Assembly (NCBI GenBank): GCA_964563305.1
Contig: CAZLXK010000001.1
Location: 1-63,732, forward strand
Length of the DNA stretch: 63,732 bases
Reading direction: 5' to 3'
Source of the DNA: an uncultured Treponema sp.
Lineage (GTDB): Bacteria > Spirochaetota > Spirochaetia > Treponematales > Treponemataceae
Part shown: in pieces, positions 50,891 to 60,218 of the stretch
Numbering within the stretch: the stretch's first letter is position 1
Layout of the letters: each line of letters starts with the position of its first letter
Program-made: the position numbers and the translations under genes
Notes under the pieces: model-generated
The model's database searches: none
Told to the model about the DNA's origin: nothing
The model's input: only the letters and a program-made list of their open reading frames with translations

Positions 50891-51835
50891 TTAAGAATTT
50901 TTTTCATCTTTAAGATTTTTATTACGAATTAAATCTACAACTTGAGAAATCACTATTGATAGAAACATAATCAAACAACCTAAAATTTCTTGAGTTTTAA
51001 GTTTTTCTCCTAAAATTATCGCACTCATAATTACGGCAAAAACGCTTTCCATACACATTGCTAAAGATCCGATTGTTGCATCACAATATTTTTGTCCAAT
51101 AATTTGCAATGTAAAAGCAACGCCACAACTCATAATTCCAGAATAAAGTAAAGGGAGAAGAGCATTTTTTATACCTAAGAAGTTTGGTTTTTCAAAGATG
51201 AACATTAAAATCAAAGTAATAATTCCGCAAGTAAAAAACTGAACGCAAGCAAGTTTTATTCCATCACATTCGGGAGAAAATTTGTCAATCAAAAGAATTT
51301 GTATGCAAAAAAATATTGCCGAACAAAATGCTAAAATGTCGCCTTTATTTACTGAACTAAATTTTCCGTCTGGAAAACTCAATAAATATAAACCAACAAA
51401 ACCTGAAACAATGCAAATCCAAGTTGAAAGCGGAATTTTCTTTTTGAAAAAAAACAAACTTGCTAAAGGAACTAAAAACATATAAGTTGCGGTTATAAAA
51501 GCGATTTTTCCGCCAGTTGAATAATAAAATGCGTGTTGCTGAAAATTTGAAGCACAACTTAAAACTAAACCTAAAATTATTCCGCGAAAAATTGTTTTTT
51601 TATCTGATTTTTTTTTAAGTGAAAGTTCTTCGCGATTAAGTTTTTTTGACAAAACAAAATCTTTTACTAAAATGATTGGAAGTAAAACAAAAGCACCAAG
51701 TGTTGTTCGAATTCCCATAAATGTAAAAGCGTCAACTTGTTTAATTCCTAAACTTTGAGCAACAAACGAAAGTCCCCAAATAAATGCTGTTAGCAAAAGT
51801 AAAAGAACGCCTTTTATCTGATTAAAATTTTTCAT
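50891..51835 (-). CDS. DMT/EamA family transporter
   Basis: IWGLSFVAQ, LQIIGQKY, ILGEKL. Confidence 0.9.
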   Translation of the reverse strand: MKNFNQIKGVLLLLLTAFIWGLSFVAQSLGIKQVDAFTFMGIRTTLGAFVLLPIILVKDFVLSKKLNREELSLKKKSDKKTIFRGIILGLVLSCASNFQQHAFYYSTGGKIAFITATYMFLVPLASLFFFKKKIPLSTWICIVSGFVGLYLLSFPDGKFSSVNKGDILAFCSAIFFCIQILLIDKFSPECDGIKLACVQFFTCGIITLILMFIFEKPNFLGIKNALLPLLYSGIMSCGVAFTLQIIGQKYCDATIGSLAMCMESVFAVIMSAIILGEKLKTQEILGCLIMFLSIVISQVVDLIRNKNLKDEKNS

Positions 51836-51941
51836 TTTTCGTAATTTTATAAATTTATAAAGTGATTTTAATAACTTGATTTAAGAAATTCTATAAAATC
51901 AAAATGAATAAAAAAGACTTTTGCCGAAATTAACAAGCAAT

Positions 51942-51972
51942 AAAAAAAGACTGTCCTAAAAAAGAACAGTCT
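51942..51972 (-). terminator. Probable rpsU intrinsic terminator
   Basis: agactgt / acagtct stem with adjacent A run (U run on minus strand). Confidence 0.55.
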
Positions 51973-52014
51973 GTAAGTTTTCGTTGTAAAATTTAAGTTC
52001 AAAAATCAAACAAA

Positions 52015-52221
52015 TTAGTAAGATTTTTTTTCAGTTTTACGTTTTTGATTCAAAAGTTTTCGCTCAAGAGTTACTTTTTTCTGGTGATTTGTAGCAGACG
52101 GTTTTACAAAATATTCGCGTCTTTTAAATTCGCGAACAATGCCTTCTCTTTCAACCATACGCTTAAAACGTTTAATTGCTTTTTCAAGATTTTCTGAATC
52201 TTCAACAACAATCTGTGCCAT
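52015..52221 (-). CDS. rpsU: 30S ribosomal protein S21
   Basis: ENLEKAIKRFKR, REYFVKPS; AGGAGGT RBS. Confidence 0.95.
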   Translation of the reverse strand: MAQIVVEDSENLEKAIKRFKRMVEREGIVREFKRREYFVKPSATNHQKKVTLERKLLNQKRKTEKKSY

Positions 52222-52528
52222 AAACTCACCTCCTTAGATTCCGGTAATGCCGTAAAACGCTTAAGAATTTATCTAAATTTCAAAATAAATTCAAGCGATT
52301 TTGTGTTTTTCAAACTGATTTTTGATCGCTTAGCACAAAAAAAATTTACATTTATAAAAATAAAATTGAAACTTCGACATTGCAGTTACTAAGCTTGTCG
52401 AAATACAATCAGCGTAATTTTATAAATCTTTAGTTTTAACATTGCTTTTCTAAGAAAATAAAAACTTTTTATGATAAGATTTTTGCAAGTTCAATCATCA
52501 AAAAATCATCAAAAAAACGGAGAATTTT

Positions 52529-55500
52529 ATGAAGAAAATTTTTACTTTAGTTTTTGTTTTTTTAGCAAATTTAAGCATTTTTGCTTCATCAGGAATAATG
52601 TGGAATCAAAAAAATTTAAAAGTTTCTAAAACAAAATGGTTTGACATTATTTATCCAGAAATTTGCAAAGAAAGTGCGACTTTGCTTTATAAAAACGCGG
52701 ATTCTATTTACGAAGAAATTGCAGAATCTTACGGTTTTCCGATTTCTTTTAGGATGCCAGTTGTAATAAGTCCAGCAGTTGAAAATTTTAACGCTTACTG
52801 GACGGCTTATCCTTACAATCACATTGTGCTTTACGACACTTTTCTAATTAAAGAACTTGAAGTTTTTTCACAATCATTTTTGTCAACTTTTAAGCATGAA
52901 CTTACGCACGCTTACACTTACAATTTAAGAAATGAATTTTTTCAAGCAGTTTCAAAAATCTTTGGCGATCCTTATAATCCAGCATTTCTTTTTATAACAA
53001 GTGGCTGGGCAGAAGGCGCAACTTTAACAAGCGAAAGTTCTTCTGGCGAAGGAAGACTTAACAATGAATACGCAAAGCACACAGTTAAACAAGCAAAAAT
53101 TGAAGGCGAGTTTCCTTTGTACGAAGATGTGCAAGGTTCAAGAGATTTGTATCCAAGCGGATCTTTTTATTATTTTAACGGAGCATTTAACGAATATTTA
53201 CAAAAAACTTATGGAATGAAATCTTACGCAAACTTTTGGTACGATTGCATAAACTTAAAATCAATTTCAGTAAAAAAAATCTTCAAAGATAATTTTGGCG
53301 AAAACTTAAACAAAGCTTGGCTTGATTTTTATTCTTCGGTTGAAGTTCCAAATGTAAAATCAAATCCTGTAAAATCAAAAATTGTAAAAGATTATTTTGA
53401 TTTAACGTCAGAAGATTTTTCTAAAGAAAATAATTCTCTCGCACTTTATTCAAATTTAATTTCAAGCGAAAAAGAATTTTATTTCTTAAATCAAAAAAAC
53501 GACACAATTTATTTTCAAGATTTTGCTGATTTTTCAACTTCTTCAAAAAATTCTCCTAAAAAACTTTTAACTTTTTCTGAAATTTCAAATTTTAACGTAA
53601 GCTGCGACGGAAGATTTATTTTGCTAAACATTTTAAGTTCAGCAAGTGCAACAGAAAAATCAATTATAAAAATTTACGACACGCAAAAAAAATCATTTTT
53701 TACGCTAAAAGAAACTTCTGTTTATTCGCCTTCAATCATAAAAGCAAACGACGAATATTTTTTGATTTTTTCAAGTTACAAATCGCCAGTTTCTTCAACA
53801 AATATTTCAAAAATCAAGTTTTCTAAAAGCGGAAAAATCAAAAGTTTAGAAAAAGTTTTTCAAAAAGAATGGAAATTAAATCAAAATGCATCAAATTATT
53901 GCGACTTAAAAAACGGAAATTTTGTCTTTTTGAAAAGAAGAGGACTTTCCTACTCGCTTTTGATTATGGCAAGCGACGGTGAAATTTTAAAATCTTACAA
54001 AGCGCCTCAAGGAATTTCAGTTAGAAATTTGTCGGTTTTTGAAAACAAAGTTTATTTTTCGTTTGTAAAAGACAAAACTCTTCCTCGCTCGGCTTATTTT
54101 GATTTTGATGAAGAAAAATTTGTTTTTAGCACAAAAGATATTTCTGGCGGAATTTTTTATCAATCAAAAAGTGAAAATTTTTCAAATCAAATTTTTTACA
54201 CGGCGGAATTTTATAAACAATCGCGGATTTTAATTGCTGATGAAAAAAATCTTTACGAAAACTCAGAAAGTTTTTTCGCTGATTCTGATTCTGCGGATTT
54301 TGATGACGCGGACTTTGAAACTTCAAGCGACGATTTTGCAAACTTAAGTGACAAAATTGCAACTTCAAATGAAGAATTTGCAAATTTAAGCGAAAATTCT
54401 TCAACTTCGAGCGGCAAAATTGAAAATCACGAAAAATCACAAAATCAAATTCCTTCAAAAAAATACAATCCTTTGCCTTATTATTTAAAAGGACTTTTAT
54501 ATTTAGGTTCAACAATTTCATCAAAAACTTTTATTCCAGGCTCTTCTTCTGAATACAATTTGCCTTACGGATTAACTTACATTTCATCAAATCCTTGGAC
54601 AAGTGATTTTTTAACGCTTTCACTTGGCTACGGCTCGCAAACAAATTCTTTTGCAGCTTTTGCAGGATTTCAAAGCGGAACTGACACTTCTTTATTTAAC
54701 TACGAAATTAAAGCTCAAACAGAATTTAATTTTTCTTCTTGGCGAACTTCTGACGCACAAATTTCAGTTTCTTCAGCGATTCCTTTTGCAAAAAACTCAT
54801 ATTTTATACTTTCGGCAAATAATTTTTCTCACATTGGAAAAGCAAACAAACTTTTGTCTGTAGACGAACCTGATTATTACAAACTTGGCGGTGCTCTTGG
54901 AACTGACCAAAATATTTATTTTTACACAGCAAACTCTTTTGGTGCATCTTATTCAAATATTCGAAGTTTTAAAAATCAAAAATATGAAAAAATCGGATTT
55001 TCTTTAAGTCCCCTACTCTACTATTATTTTAATCAAAATCTTTCACAAAACCAAAATTATCAAAACACGCTTGATTTAGGTTTAAATTTTCAAACTTACA
55101 TTCCGCGACTTTTGCCTTTACAAAATAAAGTTGGCTTAACTTACAATCTTCCAACAAAACTAAAAATTGCATTTTTGCCACAAGAACTTGCAAATCTTTA
55201 CGATTCGCCTTTGTATTTTTCAGGAAACGACAAATTAACTTTAAGTAATCAAAATATTCTCGCTGCGGCAAGACTTGAAACAGTTTTGTTTGCAGTTGAT
55301 ATTCAAAAAGCATTTAGAATTGTAAATTTGCTTTATATGAATGATTTTAGCATTTCGTTCATTTACACTTGTGCGTTTTCAGAAAATCAAGATTTTCAAA
55401 ACGGAACTTCTAACTGGCGATTTTTAAAGCTAAACGATTATTTTGAAGATTTTAAAAATCAAAAAGTTGCATTTAATTATGAAGCGGACTTGCGATTTCT

Positions 55501-55642
55501 TTTTGCCTTAACGCCAAACTTTGGAACTTTTGCAAATTCTAGTAACCGAATGAATTTTTATATAGATTTTGGACTTCTTTCAAATGCGACGGAAAGTTCT
55601 GGAATTTTTGTTTCGTCAGTTGGAATTGAAGGCAGATTTTAA
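52529..55642 (+). CDS. Large exported protein: HExxH peptidase-like N-terminus, propeller-like middle, beta-barrel-like C-terminus
   Basis: Signal peptide, HELTH, WAEGAT, terminal GIEGRF. Confidence 0.7.
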   Translation: MKKIFTLVFVFLANLSIFASSGIMWNQKNLKVSKTKWFDIIYPEICKESATLLYKNADSIYEEIAESYGFPISFRMPVVISPAVENFNAYWTAYPYNHIVLYDTFLIKELEVFSQSFLSTFKHELTHAYTYNLRNEFFQAVSKIFGDPYNPAFLFITSGWAEGATLTSESSSGEGRLNNEYAKHTVKQAKIEGEFPLYEDVQGSRDLYPSGSFYYFNGAFNEYLQKTYGMKSYANFWYDCINLKSISVKKIFKDNFGENLNKAWLDFYSSVEVPNVKSNPVKSKIVKDYFDLTSEDFSKENNSLALYSNLISSEKEFYFLNQKNDTIYFQDFADFSTSSKNSPKKLLTFSEISNFNVSCDGRFILLNILSSASATEKSIIKIYDTQKKSFFTLKETSVYSPSIIKANDEYFLIFSSYKSPVSSTNISKIKFSKSGKIKSLEKVFQKEWKLNQNASNYCDLKNGNFVFLKRRGLSYSLLIMASDGEILKSYKAPQGISVRNLSVFENKVYFSFVKDKTLPRSAYFDFDEEKFVFSTKDISGGIFYQSKSENFSNQIFYTAEFYKQSRILIADEKNLYENSESFFADSDSADFDDADFETSSDDFANLSDKIATSNEEFANLSENSSTSSGKIENHEKSQNQIPSKKYNPLPYYLKGLLYLGSTISSKTFIPGSSSEYNLPYGLTYISSNPWTSDFLTLSLGYGSQTNSFAAFAGFQSGTDTSLFNYEIKAQTEFNFSSWRTSDAQISVSSAIPFAKNSYFILSANNFSHIGKANKLLSVDEPDYYKLGGALGTDQNIYFYTANSFGASYSNIRSFKNQKYEKIGFSLSPLLYYYFNQNLSQNQNYQNTLDLGLNFQTYIPRLLPLQNKVGLTYNLPTKLKIAFLPQELANLYDSPLYFSGNDKLTLSNQNILAAARLETVLFAVDIQKAFRIVNLLYMNDFSISFIYTCAFSENQDFQNGTSNWRFLKLNDYFEDFKNQKVAFNYEADLRFLFALTPNFGTFANSSNRMNFYIDFGLLSNATESSGIFVSSVGIEGRF

Positions 55643-55656
55643 AATTTTAATTTTTA

Positions 55657-55860
55657 TTTGGAGCATATTTTTTTAGTTCGACTTGCTTTTTGTACTCGCT
55701 TGAAACTTTGTTGCGAATACCGCGATTCGCTCCATTCTCTGCAAAAAAAAACGATGGTTGAGGCTCTCGAAACTATGATTTACTTCAAAAATTCTCGTAA
55801 TCGACAGAAAGTTGAACTTTTGCAGAGAACGCCGTTGGCGGTACTACAATCAAGGCTAAA
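55657..55860 (-). repeat. Dispersed modular repeat copy (inverted)
   Basis: gcagagaacgccgttggcggt is the reverse complement of accgccaacggcgttctctgc at ~63688; ggagc anchor at 55659. Confidence 0.8.
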
Positions 55861-56040
55861 TTTTTTATCAAAAAACAAATTCTTTTAGTTTTAAAATAAT
55901 CTTTTGTTTTTTGAAAACTAAAGTTTTGACATTTAAACTAAAAAAAATAAAAATTCTCGCTGAATGTAAAAAAAATCTTCGCTCACAAAATAAAGTCAAC
56001 TAATTAAATCTTAAATCAATTAAAAAATAAGGAAATTTTT

Positions 56041-56868
56041 ATGAATGAAAAACAAATGATTTCTATTCTTGAAAAAGCAAAAAAATTTATATCAAAAAAA
56101 ACAAATGTAAAACCAAAAATTGGAATTGTTTTAGGTTCTGGACTTGGAGAATTTTCAAAAAAAATCAAAGTTGAATCAGAAATTTCTTATTCTAAAATAA
56201 AAGGATTTCCAGTTTCCACAGTTTCAGGTCACGACGGAAAATTTATCTTTGGATATTCAGGAAATGTTCCAGTTGTTTTAATGAAAGGCAGAATTCATTA
56301 TTACGAAGGTTATCCAATGGAAAAAGTTGTTCTTCCAATTCGACTTATGTGTTTGCTTGGCATAAAAAAAATAATTCTTACAAATGCAGCCGGAAGTATA
56401 AACACAAATTTTAAGCCAGGCGATCTTATGATGATTACAGATCAAATTTCAGCTTTTGTTCCGAGTCCTTTACGAGGCAAAAATTTTGAAAGTTTTGGTC
56501 CTCGTTTTCCTGATATGACAAATATTTATTCCAAAGAAATACAAGAAAAAATCGAAACTTGTGCAGAAAAACTTAATATAAAACTTCAAAAAGGCGTTTA
56601 TGTTCAGTGGCAAGGTCCAAATTATGAAAGTCCCGCAGAAATTAAAATGTTTAGAACTCTTGGAGCCGATGCCGCTGGAATGAGTACAGCATGTGAAGCG
56701 ATTGTAGCAAGACATTTTGGAATTGAAGTTGCAGGAATTTCTTGTCTTACAAATATGGCAGCAGGAATTTTAGGAAAACCACTTTCTCACCAAGAAGTTC
56801 AAGAAATTGCTGACAGCGTTCACGAAAAATTTGAAAATCTTTTAACAAAAATTATTGAAGTTATTTAG
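56041..56868 (+). CDS. punA: Purine nucleoside phosphorylase (trimeric type)
   Basis: VLGSGLG, GRIHYYEG, TNAAG, GPNYESPAE, GMST. Confidence 0.93.
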   Translation: MNEKQMISILEKAKKFISKKTNVKPKIGIVLGSGLGEFSKKIKVESEISYSKIKGFPVSTVSGHDGKFIFGYSGNVPVVLMKGRIHYYEGYPMEKVVLPIRLMCLLGIKKIILTNAAGSINTNFKPGDLMMITDQISAFVPSPLRGKNFESFGPRFPDMTNIYSKEIQEKIETCAEKLNIKLQKGVYVQWQGPNYESPAEIKMFRTLGADAAGMSTACEAIVARHFGIEVAGISCLTNMAAGILGKPLSHQEVQEIADSVHEKFENLLTKIIEVI

Positions 56869-56882
56869 AAAAAATTTTTAAA

Positions 56883-57354
56883 GTTACAGTTTTGAAATAT
56901 TTTTATGATTTTCTCATTATTTGATAATTTGTAGGCACAAGTTTTATAAAAATTCATTTTTTTTTAGTAACACTTTTGAAATATAAAATTGGATTTTTTT
57001 TAAGTTTTAAACTTTTTTTGTAAAATTTAAACAAGATTAAAATCAATTTTTTTCGCTAAAAAAGGCGAAAAATTTAATAAAAAAAAGTAACAGTTTTGAA
57101 ATACTTTTCCACTTTTTTCTGTGGATAAACATAAATTTTAGTAACAGTTTTGAAATAAAATCGAAAATCAACTTAATTCTTTATATTATAAAGAATTATT
57201 AGCATTTTTCGAAAACAACAAAGTAACAGTTTTGAAATAAAAAGTAACAGTTTTGAAATATCTTCTATTATATCTATTAATTACTATTAATATATCTATT
57301 AATAGAGCGAGGGAAATTGTGGAAAAGTCAAAAAAATCATTTCAAAAGTGTTAC
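56883..57354. other. Iteron-type replication origin
   Basis: 17-bp GTWACASTTTTGAAATA at 56883, 56967, 57087, 57141, 57223, 57244 and inverted at 57339-57354; DnaA boxes; AT-rich CTATTA repeats at 57265-57305. Confidence 0.85.
57120..57128 (-). promoter_or_regulatory. Perfect DnaA box (TTATCCACA)
   Basis: tgtggataa on + strand; second box with one mismatch (tgtggaaaa) at 57318-57326. Confidence 0.8.
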
Positions 57355-57358
57355 TATT

Positions 57359-58348
57359 TTAAATGTCCGTTGTGATTAAAGCATAACGAGCATCTTTTCC
57401 TAAAATAGGCGGATTGCTTTTGTGCAAAGTAATTCCTTCTCCTTTTCCTCCAAAATCAACTTTTAAATCAGGATAATATTTTTCTTTAATTTCTTTGATA
57501 TATTCAATAATTCTAAAATAACTTACATTTTCTTGATTATTATTTTTTGCATTATCAACAGGATTAAACTGTTCAACAAGTTTATGACGAGGAATAAAAA
57601 TCGAATCTTCTAAAGAATTATTGCGATAAACTAACCAAGCATAAATATCTTTTGCAATTGGAGCTAAAATATTTTTGTAAACTGTATAATTAATTGGAAC
57701 TGCGTGAGATTGGCAAAAAGCTGCAAACTCAGGAGATAAAACAATCTTAAAAGCAAATCTTTTTTTGTCGCCACTTCCGTCATCGGCTTCTTTGTATTGA
57801 ACTCCTTCAGTAAAGCGAATATTTCCAGTTGAATGAGTTGTAATTGTTACATCTTGTTTTGGATAATTTTCGCCATATAAATCCTTAAAAAGATAAGATG
57901 ATTTCAATTCTGTAACTTTTTGAGTAAAAGAAAATGCAGCATTAGAAAAACATTCAAGTTGTTCTTTAATTTCAGTTCCGCGACTTTTAGGAAGTTGTAA
58001 TTCTTTTAAAAGATCGCTTAAAGTTGCATATTCTAAATAAACTGGACCTTGATTTTTTCCTTTGCTCAAAACAGCGTGAGTTGTTAAAACGCTAAGCAAA
58101 AGTCTTCCGTATCGACCATAAGGAACATTTATTGGAGAAGTAAGTTTTAATGTAATTCCATTACTGCCTTTTCTAACAAAAACAGTTTTATTTATGTTTC
58201 TAAAAGGAAGCGACGCTGTTGTAAATAAAGCAGGCAAATAAGCAAGAGTTTGTTTTTCATCAGGAACATAATTAAAATCAAATAATTGTGCATCAATGTT
58301 GTTTGCAGAAACAATTTCAATTTCTTGATTTTCTTTATCTTTTTTCAT
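57359..58348 (-). CDS. repA: Plasmid-type replication initiator (RepA_C-like)
   Basis: ASLPFRN and VPYGRYGRLLL resemble the plasmid-encoded RepA family; next to iterons and parA. Confidence 0.82.
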   Translation of the reverse strand: MKKDKENQEIEIVSANNIDAQLFDFNYVPDEKQTLAYLPALFTTASLPFRNINKTVFVRKGSNGITLKLTSPINVPYGRYGRLLLSVLTTHAVLSKGKNQGPVYLEYATLSDLLKELQLPKSRGTEIKEQLECFSNAAFSFTQKVTELKSSYLFKDLYGENYPKQDVTITTHSTGNIRFTEGVQYKEADDGSGDKKRFAFKIVLSPEFAAFCQSHAVPINYTVYKNILAPIAKDIYAWLVYRNNSLEDSIFIPRHKLVEQFNPVDNAKNNNQENVSYFRIIEYIKEIKEKYYPDLKVDFGGKGEGITLHKSNPPILGKDARYALITTDI

Positions 58349-58502
58349 TTTTTCCTCAATTTTTTAAATGAAGATTTTGAACTTAAAATAATATTGTTAA
58401 AAAATGGCTCTAAAAGCAAAAAAAACGGCATTTTAGGAAAAAAATAGAAACTAGTCGATATAAATCTCATTTTTATATAAAACGCTTAAAATTTTAACTT
58501 TT

Positions 58503-58850
58503 TTACTTTCTTAAAATCTCGCCATTATTTGTAATTATTGCTTTGCCGTCAATAATATCTTGTTTTAAATAAGTCATCGCAGATCTATATGCTGTTGCAA
58601 GAGAAAATCCGTTTGAACAAAACAATTTTCTAAGTTCATTTTGCTCTTCTTTTGTTACGTGAACGCCAATAAGAACATCTTTTCGTTTTGAATTATTTTC
58701 GTCGGAAGTTACAGTTTTGAAAGAGTTTTTATCATCATCTTTTTTTTCAAGAATTACATTTTCTGATATTTGAGACGAAGATTTTACATTTTCTGCAATT
58801 TTTAATTTTTGCTCTTGTGCAAAAGATAAATTTTTTTCATGAACTGCCAT
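58503..58850 (-). CDS. Small ParA partner, putative ribbon-helix-helix centromere-binding protein
   Basis: Coupled to parA (TAATG overlap); disordered N-terminus, then VLIGVHV strand and two helices. Confidence 0.65.
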   Translation of the reverse strand: MAVHEKNLSFAQEQKLKIAENVKSSSQISENVILEKKDDDKNSFKTVTSDENNSKRKDVLIGVHVTKEEQNELRKLFCSNGFSLATAYRSAMTYLKQDIIDGKAIITNNGEILRK

Positions 58851-59593
58851 TATATTAACCTCTGTGCTAAGTTTGAAATCGCTTCTAAAGTTTCTTTTTT
58901 TGCACGAACTCTTTTGTCTTGAATTACAGTGTGAGCACTTTGACTTTTTTCAAATGCAGGATCTTTTGGAATTACAATGAAATCAAAACTTGTGCCAGAA
59001 GAATTGTAAGCTTCAAGATAATTTGCTTGATTTGAAAGGCGCTTGTCTTGTTGATTTAGTATGATTTTTTGATATTTAGGAAGAACGCCATATTGCTTGT
59101 CGATTTGTGCAAGATTTTTTGTGAAAATTTCCCATCCGTCTTTTGAAAATTCATCTAATTTTAAAACAGGAACTACTTCATCGCAGCCAATAAAAACAGA
59201 TTTTTCAAATTCGTCGAAAGCCGGAGAAGTGTCAAAAATGCAATAATCAAAATGTTCTTTTAGTTGAGGAAGAATTGTTTTTTGAAAAATAAAAGGATAA
59301 GTTTCTTTTTTTGCCCAAGATTTTAGCTCTCCTCCAACGCCAAAAGTTGGAATTACGTAAAGATTTTCAATGTCAGTTTTGTAAACGCAATCAAAAATTT
59401 TTTCTTTTTCGTAAAGAATATCCGCTAATTCGTGATCAAAATCATTTAGCAACCAAGAACTTGAGTTTCCTTGTGGATCGCAGTCGATATAAATAACTTT
59501 TTTATTTTTTTGAGCCAATTCCACTGCAATAGAAACGCTAATACTTGTTTTTCCAGTTCCACCTTTTTGTAAAGCAAAAGCGTAAGATTTCAA
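58850..59593 (-). CDS. parA: ParA-family partition ATPase (no N-terminal HTH)
   Basis: KGGTGKT, IDCDPQGN, IFDTSP; TTG start with GGAGG RBS. Confidence 0.92.
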   Translation of the reverse strand: MKSYAFALQKGGTGKTSISVSIAVELAQKNKKVIYIDCDPQGNSSSWLLNDFDHELADILYEKEKIFDCVYKTDIENLYVIPTFGVGGELKSWAKKETYPFIFQKTILPQLKEHFDYCIFDTSPAFDEFEKSVFIGCDEVVPVLKLDEFSKDGWEIFTKNLAQIDKQYGVLPKYQKIILNQQDKRLSNQANYLEAYNSSGTSFDFIVIPKDPAFEKSQSAHTVIQDKRVRAKKETLEAISNLAQRLI

Positions 59594-59614
59594 TTTTTCC
59601 TCCTAAAAAATTTT

Positions 59615-59810
59615 GATTAATTAAATAAATATTAAATGATTAAATGATTTAATGTCAAGTTAATGATTAAACGAAGATTTAATGATTTAATGCGGATTAA
59701 ACCTAGATTAAACAAAGATTAAATAAACATTAAATGATTAAACGATTAAATAATTTAATGATTAAATAAATGTTAAACAAAGATTAAATGATTTAATGAT
59801 TTAACATTAA
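59615..59810. repeat. Centromere-like (parS/parC) array upstream of parA
   Basis: Roughly 20 GATTAAAT/GATTTAAT-type units at mostly 8- and 11-bp spacing. Confidence 0.8.
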
Positions 59811-59984
59811 TTTTTAAAGACGCAAAAAAATGGCATTTTTAGGCAAGATTTTTATTTTTTTTATAAATATGTCGATTAAAGTAAAAAATGTGAAAATTTG
59901 CTTTTTTAGAAAATTTTTATGTTTTTTTGAAAACTTAAAGTTTTACCAAAAGTAAAAAGTTGAAGCCTTTAAATAAAAAAAATA

Positions 59985-60001
59985 GTAACAGTTTTGAAAT
60001 A
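59985..60001 (+). promoter_or_regulatory. Isolated iteron upstream of the par operon
   Basis: Exact gtaacagttttgaaata. Confidence 0.75.
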
Positions 60002-60218
60002 AATATTGTTATTGAAACAAAATTCTTTAATCAAAAAATTTGAAAGTAAAAGCAAAGGTAAATTTTTAGAAAAAGTTGTATCAAATATAATTGACAAAAA
60101 TTAAATAGTGTCATATATAATATTAAGAAAGCATTTTAAGATTTTAAAAATCAAAATCAAAACAAAATTTTTTAAGATGTTTTTGTAAAATTTATTTAAT
60201 TTTAAAAAGAGGTTTTAT

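Noticed and set aside
56883-57354. CRISPR array
   Set aside because: Repeats are only 17 bp, spacing is irregular (21-120 bp), one copy is inverted, there are no cas genes, and a Rep gene is adjacent.
56883-57354. Primary chromosomal oriC
   Set aside because: Only about two DnaA boxes, no dnaA/dnaN/gyrB nearby, and the region is dominated by iterons.
57359-59810. Prophage or ICE
   Set aside because: No integrase, relaxase, structural or transfer genes, and no att repeats noticed; an old integrated plasmid cannot be fully excluded.
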